Assembly: GCF_006345805.1 (NCBI RefSeq)
Contig: NC_043005.1
Coordinates: forward strand, 103,912,001-103,976,000
Direction: 5' to 3'
DNA: 64,000 nt
DNA from: Octopus sinensis
Taxonomy: Eukaryota
Of the stretch, positions 13,288 through 25,950 are shown piece after piece. A program made the translations under genes and the position numbers. How positions within the stretch are numbered: the stretch's first letter is position 1; every line of letters starts with the position of its first letter. Under the pieces are notes generated by a model. It did no database searches. It was not told the origin of the DNA and saw only the letters and a program-made list of their open reading frames with translations.

Positions 13288-13573
13288 CATATATAATATA
13301 GGATTGATGAATTTATCTGGTCAGTTACTTGCCATAAATCTATTGAAATATTTATGCCACTGAAAATCGAACACTTGTAGCAAAGACAGCTTGCCTGGGA
13401 GCTTACCTGTTCAACTGTAGATCTCACATCTGCAACTTATAGTCAAGTTTAAGCTCTCATATTGTAGTGCTTTTGTTAAAAAATATTATTTCACATTACT
13501 TTTGTGGTTTTGTACAAATGCAGGAAACAATTCTTACATAGGATATAAAATACTGAATTCTATTCATTTTGAT

Positions 13574-13730
13574 TTCTTCTTCTTCTTCTTCTTCTTCTTC
13601 TTCTTCTTCTTCTTCTTCTTCTTCTTCTTCTTCTTCTCCTTCTCATCATCATCATCATCATCGTCATCATCATCGTCATCATCATGATCATCATCATCAT
13701 CAGCATCATCATTATTATTATTATTATTAC

Positions 13731-13800
<70 letters not shown>
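13574..13800. repeat. Compound trinucleotide array (CTT)n-(CAT)n-(TAT)n
   Basis: Directly visible. Confidence 0.95.
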
Positions 13801-14781
13801 ATTTCAGTTATACATTTCTATTGGCAATATAGAAAAATAATTTGTTCCCTTGAGCAAGGAACTTCATGAGTTTTTTTTTTATATTTTGTATATGTGATGT
13901 GCTAAGATACATGCTCTGCTATTGTATCTGAATTTGAATAAAGCAGTTACAAATGAATAATGATCTAAAATTCCTCAGAGCTATTTTGATAGAAATCTCG
14001 ACCAAAATTTCTTGAATATTTAAAAGATCTTAAGATTCATGAATCAAGATTTAGATTAAAGTTTTAAATGCATTTTAGGCAAAGTATTTTCAGTGAAAGT
14101 ATACTTTGTCGAAATGATATATAAATGGTATTAAGCTTTGTTTTCGAAAAGAAATTATCTCGTTAGTTTAACTACATTTTTTTTTCAGAAGTCAGCGATG
14201 AGAAGTTATTGTTCAGTATGTGATAACGTCAAATCAGAATATGAATTATGCGAATGTACCGGAAGTTATATGCAAGTTGGACGAGGGCAGAACGTACAAT
14301 TAATAAATAATGAAAAGTAATTAAATTTGATTATGCATCGGAAGCGGAAGTTGGTTTGTCTACCTAAGAAATGTTAATAAGTGAAATGTATTGGACTGAA
14401 TCAAAGATGGCGTATATTTTTAGACGTTACACGGTTGAAAACAAAAGCAAAAAAAAAACAAAAACAAACAAACAAAATAAAACAAATAAAAAATATTTTT
14501 AAAAATGATAATAATAACAAAATAGAAAAAGGATGAATTCTGCTAGAAATTTGCTCCAGATTTGCTTTGTGAGAAAATAACAAGAAGCCTCAGTATAATA
14601 CTCGAAGAATCAGAATTATCTACCGCAATTGCACATTCTTATTCTGTTGTACTCTTTAGGCTGGGTGTTATATGAGTGACAGGAAGCAATCTACACTAAA
14701 GAGACTGTATATATATTCACCCTTTCCCAATTAAATGTCACCAAGCAAAAGTTTAAATATATAATATAAAAAAAATTCACG

Positions 14782-15130
14782 GCTTGCTTACCAACCACAT
14801 GGGTCCGGGTTCAGTCCCACTGCGTGGTACCTAGGGCAAGTGTCTTCTACTATAGCCTCGGGCCGACTAAAGCCTTGTGAGTGGACTTGGTAGACGGAAA
14901 CTGAAAGAAGCCCGTCGTATATATGTGTATGTGTGTGTATATGTTATGTATCTGTGTTTGTTCCCCCAACATCGTTTGACAACCGATGCTGGTGTGTTTA
15001 CGTCCCCGTAACTTAGCGTTTCGGCAAAATAGCCGATAGAATAAGTACTAGGTTTACAAAGAATAAGTCCTAAGGTTGATTTGATTCGACTAAAGGTGGT
15101 GCTGCTGCATGGCCGCAGTCAAACGACATG
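14782..15130 (+). mobile_element. SINE family B (tRNA head plus CORE-like block)
   Basis: gggttcagtccc box B; c(c/t)agggcaagtg block recalls the CORE domain; family tail ends atggccgcagtcaaa. Confidence 0.9.
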
Positions 15131-15249
15131 AAGTATTTTGTTAGTAGGAAGAGGATAAACTATGAAACCAAACACATATTAATTCCATCAAAATGGATGG
15201 TACGACATTAAATTCAGTTCATACTCAGAACCGGTCAAAACTGGACAGA

Positions 15250-15700
15250 TACCAAATAAATAACAAATTTAATATCTTCTGGTCCTTTTCTTCAAGCAAA
15301 ATGATATTTCAATGCCTCTACTAACAATTATTCACGTTTTATAAAGCTTAGGCGAGGTTCTCAAAGGGGAATTGCTCTCATATCTAGAACAGTGCGGCTG
15401 TTTCAGATATTGACTTCATGGACCACCTCTAGAAAAGTTTTATCTGACAGCTTATCAAGAAGTCGCTAGTCCACTGGCTCACTGTCTCCTCTCATTGTCT
15501 TTTCTACTGCAACCATAACGGTCTCTGTTCCTTGGAACTGTTTCAGTTTATGCCATTTTCCCTCATATGTTCCCGATCCACTCAAAAATATTATTCCCAG
15601 AACGTCGATCTAAGAGATTCCTTCCTTTGCCATAAGTATTGACTTATGAAGGTTCAAAATAAATAATAGTAACATCCATCTCGCTGGTTTCGACAGAGAC
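15250..15700 (-). pseudogene. Possible very old RTE-type LINE endonuclease relic
   Basis: Fragments IDVLGI, GSGTYEG and EPVD*RLL recall the APE motifs IDILGISE..W.GSG and WEP.S.R; heavily decayed. Confidence 0.3.
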
Positions 15701-16476
15701 CATGGGCACCGCTCATTCTTCCAGACAGTGCAGAGAAACAGAAACCTTTCTTCAAAGTGAATGATTCTGTTGAAAATGTCAGTCGTCTCTTCTTCCTCTC
15801 GATACACTAGCTTATCCGTCTTTGCAACCATCACTAGCTTCTTCAGAATTTACTGCTTTCTGATATAAAGAATCTCGCCAGATGAGACACGCGATTCCAT
15901 CTCCGATTTTCTCATTCGGGATATATTTCTTAAAACGGAACATCGAAATGTTAGAATGATTTGGTCTGGATCCCCGTGAAATTTGAACTTGTGCTGCCTA
16001 GTTTTGGTTTCCAATGCTATTCTTTATACAATGTAATTACGCTAATAGGTTAGATTTGTTGCACAACCTCAAGTATAATCAGACTAAAGATAATGAAATG
16101 TACTTACAAATTCACAAACAAATCGCATATTTATTTCATCAAAGTAGATGATATGACATTAAGCTGAATCCACATCCGGATCCGACCGGAACTGGACAGA
16201 TTTTAAATCTATCCATTATCAACAAATTGACTGCGTTCAAATAGAGGTAGGAGGATTTCAGGCGACCTTGTAATCTTTTAACATGACGGAATTTATTACA
16301 ATATTCCTTATGAGGAAAAAAAAACAAAGAACAAAACAAAACAAAAAACAAAAAGAAGAAACAGAAATCGAAGAAAGTATGAAATATCTTAGAGAATGAA
16401 GGAAGACAAAAATTATTGAACACCACGTGATATCATTTTTTCCCTCTTTGGTTTGATGCAATTTGAAATGTAATCG

Positions 16477-16522
<46 letters not shown>

Positions 16523-16933
16523 TTCAGTTGAAGACTAACAATGAAGGCATTTTTTTTTTCATCCTAGTAGATAAGCATTGTTATTCTGTTCCATTAATAA
16601 ATGAAACTGGTGTTCTTGTTACGAAGCTGAAATGTCAAAAGACTAAACGATGTGTGCAATTTCCACTTACAATATACAGACAGCAGAATTATGAAGGACT
16701 ATAATTCAATATATATTATTCATCGCAATAATTGCCGATATAAGTATGTATGTATCTATGTATGTACATACATACATACATACATATCATAAATACACAC
16801 AGACGCACACACATATATATAGCATTATATATATGCATATATATAGGTATATTTGTATGTATGTGTATATATATCTATATCTATATCTATATCTATCTAT
16901 CTATCTATATATATGTATATGTATATATATATA

Positions 16934-16984
<51 letters not shown>

Positions 16985-17062
16985 GTATATATATGCATGC
17001 GTATGTGTTTGCATGTTTGAGAGAGTATGTGTGTGTGTGTGTGTGTGACTCATGTCAGTTTA

Positions 17063-17140
<78 letters not shown>

Positions 17141-17645
17141 CATGTGTGCGTGCGCGCATTTGTGTCGATGTGTGCACGTGTGTATGTAAACATATGTGTA
17201 TGTGTATGTGTGTCTGCATGCGCTTATATTTGATGTATGTATAAATGTATCTGCAGTGTTTGTGTGTGTGTGATTGGGACAAAGAAATTTAACTTTGTCT
17301 GTATTAATACTTCCAGCCTGCTGATCAAAAACACACGTTCTGTCTAGTCTTATCTGTGTCTGTTTTGCTAAAAGCATTAAAGAATAACTCTTTCTTGCAA
17401 CCAACAAATGATACAAACCCACCACTCTTTTATTTATTTTTTACCATTTGTTTTTTCTTTTTCTTTTCTTTTGGCTTTCTTTAGTTTTCGCAAGACATTA
17501 CTTGTTGGAAGTAAGCTAAAATAAACTAAAATATACAGAAAACTGTTTACTTATATAGAAGATATCGATGTGAACGGTATTTTTGTTATTGGTTTAAAAT
17601 AGTTTCGTAGACATAAAAAGAAGAGGAAGAGCAAGAGAGAGAGGA

Positions 17646-17678
<33 letters not shown>

Positions 17679-18014
17679 AAGTGATAGTGAAAGAGATAGA
17701 GAAAGAGAGAGAGAGACAAAGAAATAGACAGTCTCTCTCTCTCTCTATCTTTCTTATACACTTACATACACACACGTATGTAAACATGGGAAGATTGAGT
17801 AAGTGAAAGACTTTTAGAACAAACATACGCTATTAATTAATTTCTTATACAAATTTTGATAAACTCTGCACAGTCATGTAACAGATTAGGCATTATATTT
17901 TAAGGGAAATCATTATCTAAAGGTTGATATGTTCTTGGTACCTCCACGAGATTTTAGAACAAATTTATGTGTAAAGAATTGGTTTTGAAAGGTCAGCATA
18001 AGTCAACGGAAACA

Positions 18015-18530
18015 TTGCTCAGTCTAAATAAGGCACCAACATCAAAAAGTTCTTCTTAGGCGAGGTAATCAGTTCAAGTTGTTTAGTCTGGTTAAGGCAA
18101 CCATATGAAATTGTTCAGCCTATGTAAATTAGCCACAACGCGCTGCTCATTCTGCATAAGTTAACCACATCACATTGTTCAGCCTAACCATACCACATTA
18201 TTCAGTCCAGACGAGCTGGCAGAAGCGTTAGCACGTCGGGCGAAATGCGTAACCGTATTTCGTCTGCCGTTACATTCTGAGTTCAAATTCCGCCGAGGTC
18301 GACTTTGTCTTTCATCCTTTCGGGATCGATAAATTAAGTACCATTTACGCACTAGGGTCGATGTAATCGACTTAATCAGTTTGTCTCTCCTTGTTTGTCC
18401 CCTCTATGTTTAGCCCCTTGTGGGTAATAAAGAAACAATTGTTCAGTCTATGTAAAGTAACTATACCACATTGTTCCGTTCATGTATTGTAACGACATTT
18501 AATAGTCCAGTCTATGTAAGGCAGTGACAT
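18015..18530. repeat. Degenerate ~30-bp minisatellite interrupted by a SINE A copy
   Basis: About 9-10 variants of ttgttcagtctatgtaaggcaaccacatcaca on both sides of the SINE. Confidence 0.7.
18211..18435 (+). mobile_element. SINE family A
   Basis: gagctggcagaagcgttagcacg...gggtaataaagaaa. Confidence 0.9.
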
Positions 18531-18861
18531 TAATTAGGTAAAGCAACTAATTAATTGCTTACTGTATGGATGCTGAACACATCACGTTTTCCACTCTTTG
18601 CGTTGAAGTAAATCGCATTTGCACTGACTCTTTCCTTGCCTCTTCTTTCCTTCTTTCCAGCACCTTTCATACCCGTTGTCCCGTCTGACGTAGCAGACAT
18701 TTTTTCACATATTGGAAAGGGCGTCTTTGAAACAATCCATTAGTGGACATGTCGAAACATTCCTTCGCACTTGAGGACCAGAGATGTGCCACTGTTCTTT
18801 TCAACATTTCCTCTACTACAGCTTCTGATAGAGAGGCGTATCCTTTGTGATATACTCTGCC

Positions 18862-19320
18862 TGTTACATGGTGATCTCACATCAAGATAAACAGTGCATG
18901 ACTTTGCAGGTGGGACCCAGTTAGAATTTTCTTCAGGTTGAGTAGCCCATCTCACACAAAAGGTCCCTGAATAAGGGTTGTTTAAGGATGTTGAACAAAA
19001 CACACATGTTTCCAAAGGTGAATTATCCAAACCCCAAAGAATTCCTCTCAACACATGGCTATGATGCTCCCCCACTACTTCTGCTCGTGAACAGAGATGC
19101 ACATATCGTCAGCCACTAAGGGACATGGTCAACTGGTTAAGGTCAAACAACTGAGAAGCAAATCTGTGGTATTGAACAGAATATTTGCTGTAGCCTATCT
19201 TTTATACCAAGACAAAACAATGTACATGATAGCACTTGCAATCAGTTGAGATCAAAAGCCAAGAGAGCCACTGCCTGGTACTGCCTCAGGGCATTGCTCC
19301 CCATTATTTCTGCTCGTGTA
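18862..19320 (-). mobile_element. Interspersed repeat 'element C' (probable 3' UTR of a LINE, or a non-autonomous retroposon)
   Basis: 18862-19075 is the reverse complement of 45327-45535 (gggagcatcatagccatgtgttgagagg...gagatcaccatg). Confidence 0.75.
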
Positions 19321-19375
19321 TTATCATCATCATCATCATCATCATTATTATTGTTGTTGTTGTTGCTATTATTAT

Positions 19376-20140
19376 ATATTAGACTTTCGCTTTGTATTTG
19401 TACAAGTTGGCTCCAATTCTCACCCAGAGACCTGAAGAGACAAGTTAGAAGTTCATGCTGGTGTTATGCCTGGGTGTCATATATTTGGTTTTGCACATTG
19501 TGTTGTTCTAGAGAGTGTTTAAGAAAACATACGAAATTGTGAGTTTTTTTTCCAAAATTTGAGATTACATAGACAGTATTTTACGTAGTATATGGGCAGT
19601 TCCCATAAGCACTATCTTTTGAATTTCTGCCATTTTGGGGTTTCCTGGTATCTTAACTAGGTAGGAATCAGCCTCTTTTGCTATCATTCTTAGAGCACCT
19701 ATGACAACAGGCATTGTTTTAGTCTTGAGGTTCCACATTTTGTCATCCATAGCCACCGGTCCTCCGTATCTGTTTTGGCGTTCATATCTCTTGCAAACTG
19801 ACCGTATATGTTTTCCTTCTATGCTTTTTCTTTTCTTGTTTCTTTTTTTTTTTGTCTTGTTTAGATTTTTCTTTCATTACATAATTTTCAGTTTTAACGA
19901 CGCCGGTCTTCTTCATGCGTTTGAACAGCGGCTACACGGCATTTTATATATACCACCCTAGACTACAATCCTAGCAGCTGATCAAACCTCTCTCGCCCTT
20001 TCTTCTGGACAAGTAAAACCTATCGGTATCACTCTCAGAGTGGAAGGTTCCGTGTACAGTCAACATTTTTCTGGTCTTGGTATCCATTTTCTTAATTTCT
20101 CTCTTTTGCCATTTTATAATTCCCGCTCCATACCGAAGTG
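19376..20140 (-). mobile_element. Internally deleted R4/Dong-type RLE non-LTR element: end of RT, C-terminus and 3' UTR
   Basis: LRYGAGIIKW..EIKKMDTKTRKMLTVHG.FHSESDTDRFYLSRRKGERGLIS; YGQFARD...RWLWM joined directly to KMWNLKTKTMPVVIGAL...IPGNPKMAEIQKIVLMGTAHILRK. Confidence 0.85.
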
Positions 20141-20285
20141 ATGCTATCGCTCACGTACTAACACAAACACTGAACAGGGTCCAGATAGACAAAGAAAAAT
20201 TGCTACAACAGCTGAGAAGTGTTGGTCTCAAAGCAAAGACCGAAAGCTTCATGAATGTAGCACAGAAACAAAGCTTTTACACGTG
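20141..20285 (+). mobile_element. R4/Dong-type fragment in opposite orientation
   Basis: IDKEKLLQQLRSVGLKAKTESFMNVAQKQSF resembles the WL..G.LK.ETE..I.AAQDQ.L motif upstream of the CCHC finger. Confidence 0.65.
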
Positions 20286-20740
20286 CATACATACGTACAC
20301 GCGCTCAAATATATACAGGCACACTCAGAAACACTATTATATAAGGACCATGAGCTCATATGCATGTAAATGTATGCATACACACACAGACATACACACA
20401 CACTGTGTATATATAGATATATGTATACGTGTAAACAAAGTAAAATATTTTAAGTTTATGACATATCAGAGGTTCGACGTCTGAATGAAATAGAATATAT
20501 CTTGACCGGCCGTCAAATAAATTGATTCTAAATTCAAATGGACAAAAGTGAGAGTAATGCCCTTAACTCATGGATCGCCTAATTAGTGTGGATACTCTTT
20601 ATTGTTCAAAACACACGCAGTCCTCCTAGTTGTCACGGCTATTACAAAGGAGATCATTTTTGTTTCTGTATTTCTTGCAAATTATCGAAATTCCACAAAC
20701 ATATTACACATCTTTATTGTAATATGTGTAATATTATTTG

Positions 20741-20865
20741 AAGGCGGCGAGCTGGCAGAATCATTTGAATGTCGGGCAAAATTCTTAGCGTATTTCGTCC
20801 GTCCTTAAGCCTTACGTTCTGAGTTAAAATTCCGCCGAGGTCGACTTTGTCTTTCATCTTTTCGA
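20741..20865 (+). mobile_element. SINE family A, 5' half
   Basis: aaggcggcgagctggcagaa...gccgaggtcgactttg. Confidence 0.85.
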
Positions 20866-20977
20866 GACAAAGGATGAAAGGAGGCTGCGACCATGCTGGA
20901 TCACCGCCTTTAGTGTAATTAATTTGAATTTCACACTCATTTCCCGACCCTCTGTTTGGACTTCTTTCTTGTGAAGT

Positions 20978-21064
20978 AACCAGTTGGACAGAGCTGATTT
21001 TCTTTGCCGTTCATGCCGCGATGTGGATTCATCTGGTATATTTTATTTTATTTTTATTTACTTC
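20978..21064 (+). repeat. ~90-bp repeat, reverse complement of 42152-42240 (flank of the Penelope-like RT)
   Basis: cagttggacagagctgattttctttgccgttcatgccgcgatgtggattcatc is shared by both sites. Confidence 0.8.
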
Positions 21065-22421
21065 ATCTAGTTTCAGCTCACGAGCTGTGGCCATGCTGGG
21101 GCACAGCCATTTATAAAATTTACTAAAATTTTTCCAAATGTTATTCGGACTCACCCACATCTACCTACACCTGAGATTCTGAGGCAGAATGTCGAACCTC
21201 TGTGGGCACTTGAGCCTCAAATGTAACGGTAGTGGGTCCTTATTTTAGATAGAGACAAAAATTATTACTCAAACTATATATTGAAATTCCGCTGTAATGC
21301 ACAAATGGTTACACTTTTCAGGAGGCTGTCATTCTGGTCTGGCTCCGCATTTTTATCCAATTACTAAAACCAGATTGCTGGTGAAGCGACAAAGGAAAAT
21401 AATTTATATGATGCGAGAAAACGAAAGCATAGGTAGAAGCTTGCAGTTTAGAGAAGTGGCTCAGGAATCTGTCGCGGAAGACAATATTTTTATGAAAATG
21501 TTATCTGTTTTACATACATATGCAAAGAAAGCAGCTCTAAAGCGAGTAAAGTGATTGTTCCTATTCGTAATAATAATGTGAAGAATAAGGAAAATAACGA
21601 AAAATTAAAGAATCTATCGCGTCTCTATAACTGTGTGCATGCGTCGATAAATACATACATACATACATATATACATACGTATATACATATATATGCATAC
21701 ACAAGTATAAATACACACACACAACATATATACACATACATACACATTCACACGCACACATATATATATGTATGTATCTATGCATGCATGTCTGTATATA
21801 TGTAGGCTTGAATGTATGTATATATGTATGTATGCTTGAATGTATGTATATATAAGTATGTATATGTGTGTATATGTATATATATTCCCATTAAAAATCG
21901 ATATGCAGCAGAGAAAGGATTTATCGCAGAAAACTGTTGAAGATTCTAGGAATTATGCAAACCAAAACTCCCCAAATAAGACCAACACAACCAAATTATA
22001 GTGCCGAAGACTTATACAGAGATAAATTTTACTAAGAATAGAATCCTTACCATGAAGAATTTCGTGGGTAGATATTGGGTGGGATATTCGGTTTTATTGC
22101 TGTTTTGTGCTGTTGTTGTATAAAGACGGAAATAAGGAAATATCAAGGATACGAGGAAAGGTGGTGGCGATGGTGGAGAAACAGAATGGAAAATAATGAT
22201 GGCGCTATGTGTTATAAATAGTCTTGTAGTGTAGATTAATAATATATGTAGATAAGGAGACGTAAATATATGTAGAATTAGCTGATGTATGCTGGATATG
22301 TGTGTGTGTATGCGTGTGTGTTTGCGTTTCTGTGTGTATGCGAGTGAGTGTGTATATGTGTGCACGTGTGCATGTATATATCTGCGATGTATGTGTGTAT
22401 ATATATGTATATATATATATG

Positions 22422-22452
<31 letters not shown>

Positions 22453-22580
22453 GTCTGTATATTTATGTATGTATATATATATATAGATATATTTATGTAT
22501 ACATACTACATACATATAATATATATTATATATATATATATATATATATGTAAATAACATACACACATACATACATACAG

Positions 22581-22612
<32 letters not shown>

Positions 22613-22781
22613 TATGAATACCTATCTCTCTATCTCGACATATACACGTGCTCTTCGCGCCTGTAATACAACATCGATTTGCACGTGCCTCTGTATAAAT
22701 GCACGTATGTATTCATACTTCTATATATATTAATGAACGTGTTGTGTATGGAAGTATACGTACACACACACACACCACACA

Positions 22782-22812
<31 letters not shown>

Positions 22813-23326
22813 TATAATATATATATATAATATATTATGTATATATGTATTTATATATATATATAATTATATATATACATACATATTTATACATATATAT
22901 ATGTGAGGGTGTGCGTGGGTGTGTTTAGGCGTGTATGTTGAGTGTGTGTCTGTATGTGTTCGTATATGCATACACACGTATACACTCACTCTTTCATTCG
23001 TAGACATGCGCAGTAGAAAATTAAAGTGCATTGACACACATATGTACGTCCAAACATATTAACACACAAGTATATACACTTATTGTCTACAAGTATATAG
23101 GTCATCGCATCAAGACTCCTATCATGTGTGTGTGTGTGTGTATGTATATGAGTGTGTATATATATACACATATATACGCACACATATATACATATATATA
23201 TATATACATTCATATAAATATATATGTATATATGTATGTATATACATATATACATGCATGTATATACATATATATATGTATGTATGTATGTATGTATACA
23301 CGTGCATATACATATACATATGTGTG

Positions 23327-23365
<39 letters not shown>

Positions 23366-23529
23366 TCACGCTTTACGGAAACACCGCTGTATAAATGTGA
23401 TTGCAACTTGCACGACTCTTATTTAATTTAACCTTCAGAATGAAAATAGTTAACTCTATTCGTGTTGTGAGTTATTAATGCATTTAAAGTTCAGATATTT
23501 TAAAAACATATACACCAGTATACACCAGC

Positions 23530-23580
<51 letters not shown>

Positions 23581-23839
23581 GTGTGTGTGTTTGTATGTGT
23601 GGTGTGTGTGGTGTTGGTATAATACTTAATCATATCAAAGGTAAATGGAAATTAATTAAAGCTATCATTTCCAGTGGCGTAACGTGTAAAAATTTAGTCC
23701 AGCGACTATGTATTAGTCATAAAATAGAGTGTACATTTAAACACATAAGGAATCACACGTGGGATTCAACACGCTAGAAAGAACAGCTAATTTCTGTAAC
23801 ATTATTTTATGACTTATATATATATATATATACATATAT

Positions 23840-23881
<42 letters not shown>

Positions 23882-23884
23882 TAT

Positions 23885-23915
<31 letters not shown>

Positions 23916-23938
23916 GTACATAGATACAAACATACATA

Positions 23939-24076
23939 TGCAACTTACTTCCCAATCATATGATTCGAGGTTCAGTTCCACTGCACGGCACTTGGGCGAG
24001 TGTTTTCCACTATAGCCTCAGACTCACCAAACCGTGTGAGTTGATTTGATAGACGGATTCTGAAAGAACTCTTTTA

Positions 24077-24159
<83 letters not shown>

Positions 24160-24410
24160 TTATTTGTCTGTCTGTCTCTGTGTCTGTATATCTATGTATG
24201 TCTTTGTGTCACTGTTTGTCCCTCCATTACCTCTTGTCAACCGGTGTCGGTGTGTTTAAATCGCTGCAACTTAGTTCTTCGGCCAAAGTGACCGATAAAA
24301 CAAGTATTAGGCTTACAAAATAGCAAGTCGTAGAATAGATCTTTTCGACTAAAAGCCGGCTAGGGGGTGCTGCAGTATGGCCGCAGTCAAATGACCGAAA
24401 CAAGTTAAGT
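23939..24410 (+). mobile_element. SINE family B, degenerate, with internal (TCTA)n
   Basis: Head, cttgggcgagtg block and atggccgcagtcaaatgac tail. Confidence 0.8.
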
Positions 24411-24716
24411 ATATATATATATATATATATATATCCTAAAAATGTTAAACGGTTAAATAAATATAACCAGCTCTCATACCGCCTGATATTTCTGGTTTAT
24501 ATTCATATATTGTATGTATGTATGTATCTATTATATATTATATATGTATCTATTATATATGTATGTATGTATGTATATATGTATGTTTGTATGTATGCAT
24601 GCATGTTCGTAAGTATGCATGTAATACACATATATACGCTTACATAATATATGCATGCGTATATATATTTGTATTCATAAATGCATACATAACATATTCA
24701 TAAAACACACACTACA

Positions 24717-24754
<38 letters not shown>

Positions 24755-24773
24755 TATATATATATATATATAA

Positions 24774-25950
24774 AATATTACATTATATAAAAGGGCTTAG
24801 TAAAATAAATTACTTTGCCGCATACTGAACTCATAAGAAAAGCAGCTAAAAAAACTTTTTAAAAACTATTTCTAATACTTAAAGAAAACCTCTCTCATAT
24901 AGTGTTTGCTCAATTCAACTCACGCAAATATGGGGGTAGAGACATTAAAATCAAGTGCAAAGGTTATTGAGAACGTACGTTCAAGATTAGTCAAAGTCGA
25001 CATTTCTATCATCAGCTCAGAACTCCCTGGTTTGGATTTGAAAACATTGAAAGTGGGAGCATACCCTTTCGGCTTCCTCTCGCTTCTGAAGATCTGCTCG
25101 TAACTAACAGTGCCAACAAACTCAAAATTGCAAGCGAAGAATTCTGCTCTCCCCTTTCCACCAGCGTGGGTTAAAATCAGTAAACACTATGCTTTTTTCG
25201 GTAAAATCCGCGGCATGATATAGAGAGATGAATTATAATTTCAACAATTGAGGGTAAATTAATTAATTAATCAATTTCACCAAGTATTCAGTATGCAAGG
25301 GACCATTTAGGCGAATTCAAATATTACATTATATAAAAGGGCTTAGTAAAATAAATTACTTTGCCGCATACTGAACTCATTAGAAATAGCAGCTAAAAAA
25401 CTTTTTAAAAACTATTTCTAATACTTAAAGAAAACCTCTCTCATATAGTGTTTGCTCAATTCAACTCACGCAAAATGGGGGTGAGTAGAGACATTAAAAA
25501 ATCAAGTGCAAAGGTTTTTGAGAACGTACGTTTCAAGATTAGTCAAAGTCGACATTCTATCATCAGCTCAGAACTCCCTGGTTTGGATTTGAAAACACTG
25601 AAAGTGGGAGCATACCCTTTCGGCTTCCTCTCGCTTCTGAAGATCTGCTCGTAACTAACAGTGCCAACAAACTCAAAAATGCAAGCGAAGAATTCTGCTC
25701 TCCCCCTTTCACCAGCGTGGGTTAAAATCAGTAAACACTATGCTTTTTTCGGTAAAATCCGCGGCATTATATAGAGAGAGATGATTATAATTTCAACAAT
25801 TGAGGGTAAATTAATTAATTAATCAATTTCAAAAAGTATTCAGTATTGCAAAGGGACCATTTAAGGCGAATTCAAATTATTACATTATATAAAAGGGCTT
25901 AGTAAAATAAATTACTTTGCCGCATACTGAACTCATTAGAAATAGCAGCT
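24774..25950. repeat. Head-to-tail tandem of a ~550-bp unit (2 full copies plus ~75 bp)
   Basis: attacattatataaaagggcttagtaaaataaattactttgccgcatactgaactc restarts near 24774, 25320 and 25875. Confidence 0.9.

Noticed and set aside
24995-25020. CTGATGA-TA-GAAA-TGTCGAC on the minus strand of the tandem unit as a minimal hammerhead
   Set aside because: No helix II and no helix I complementarity.
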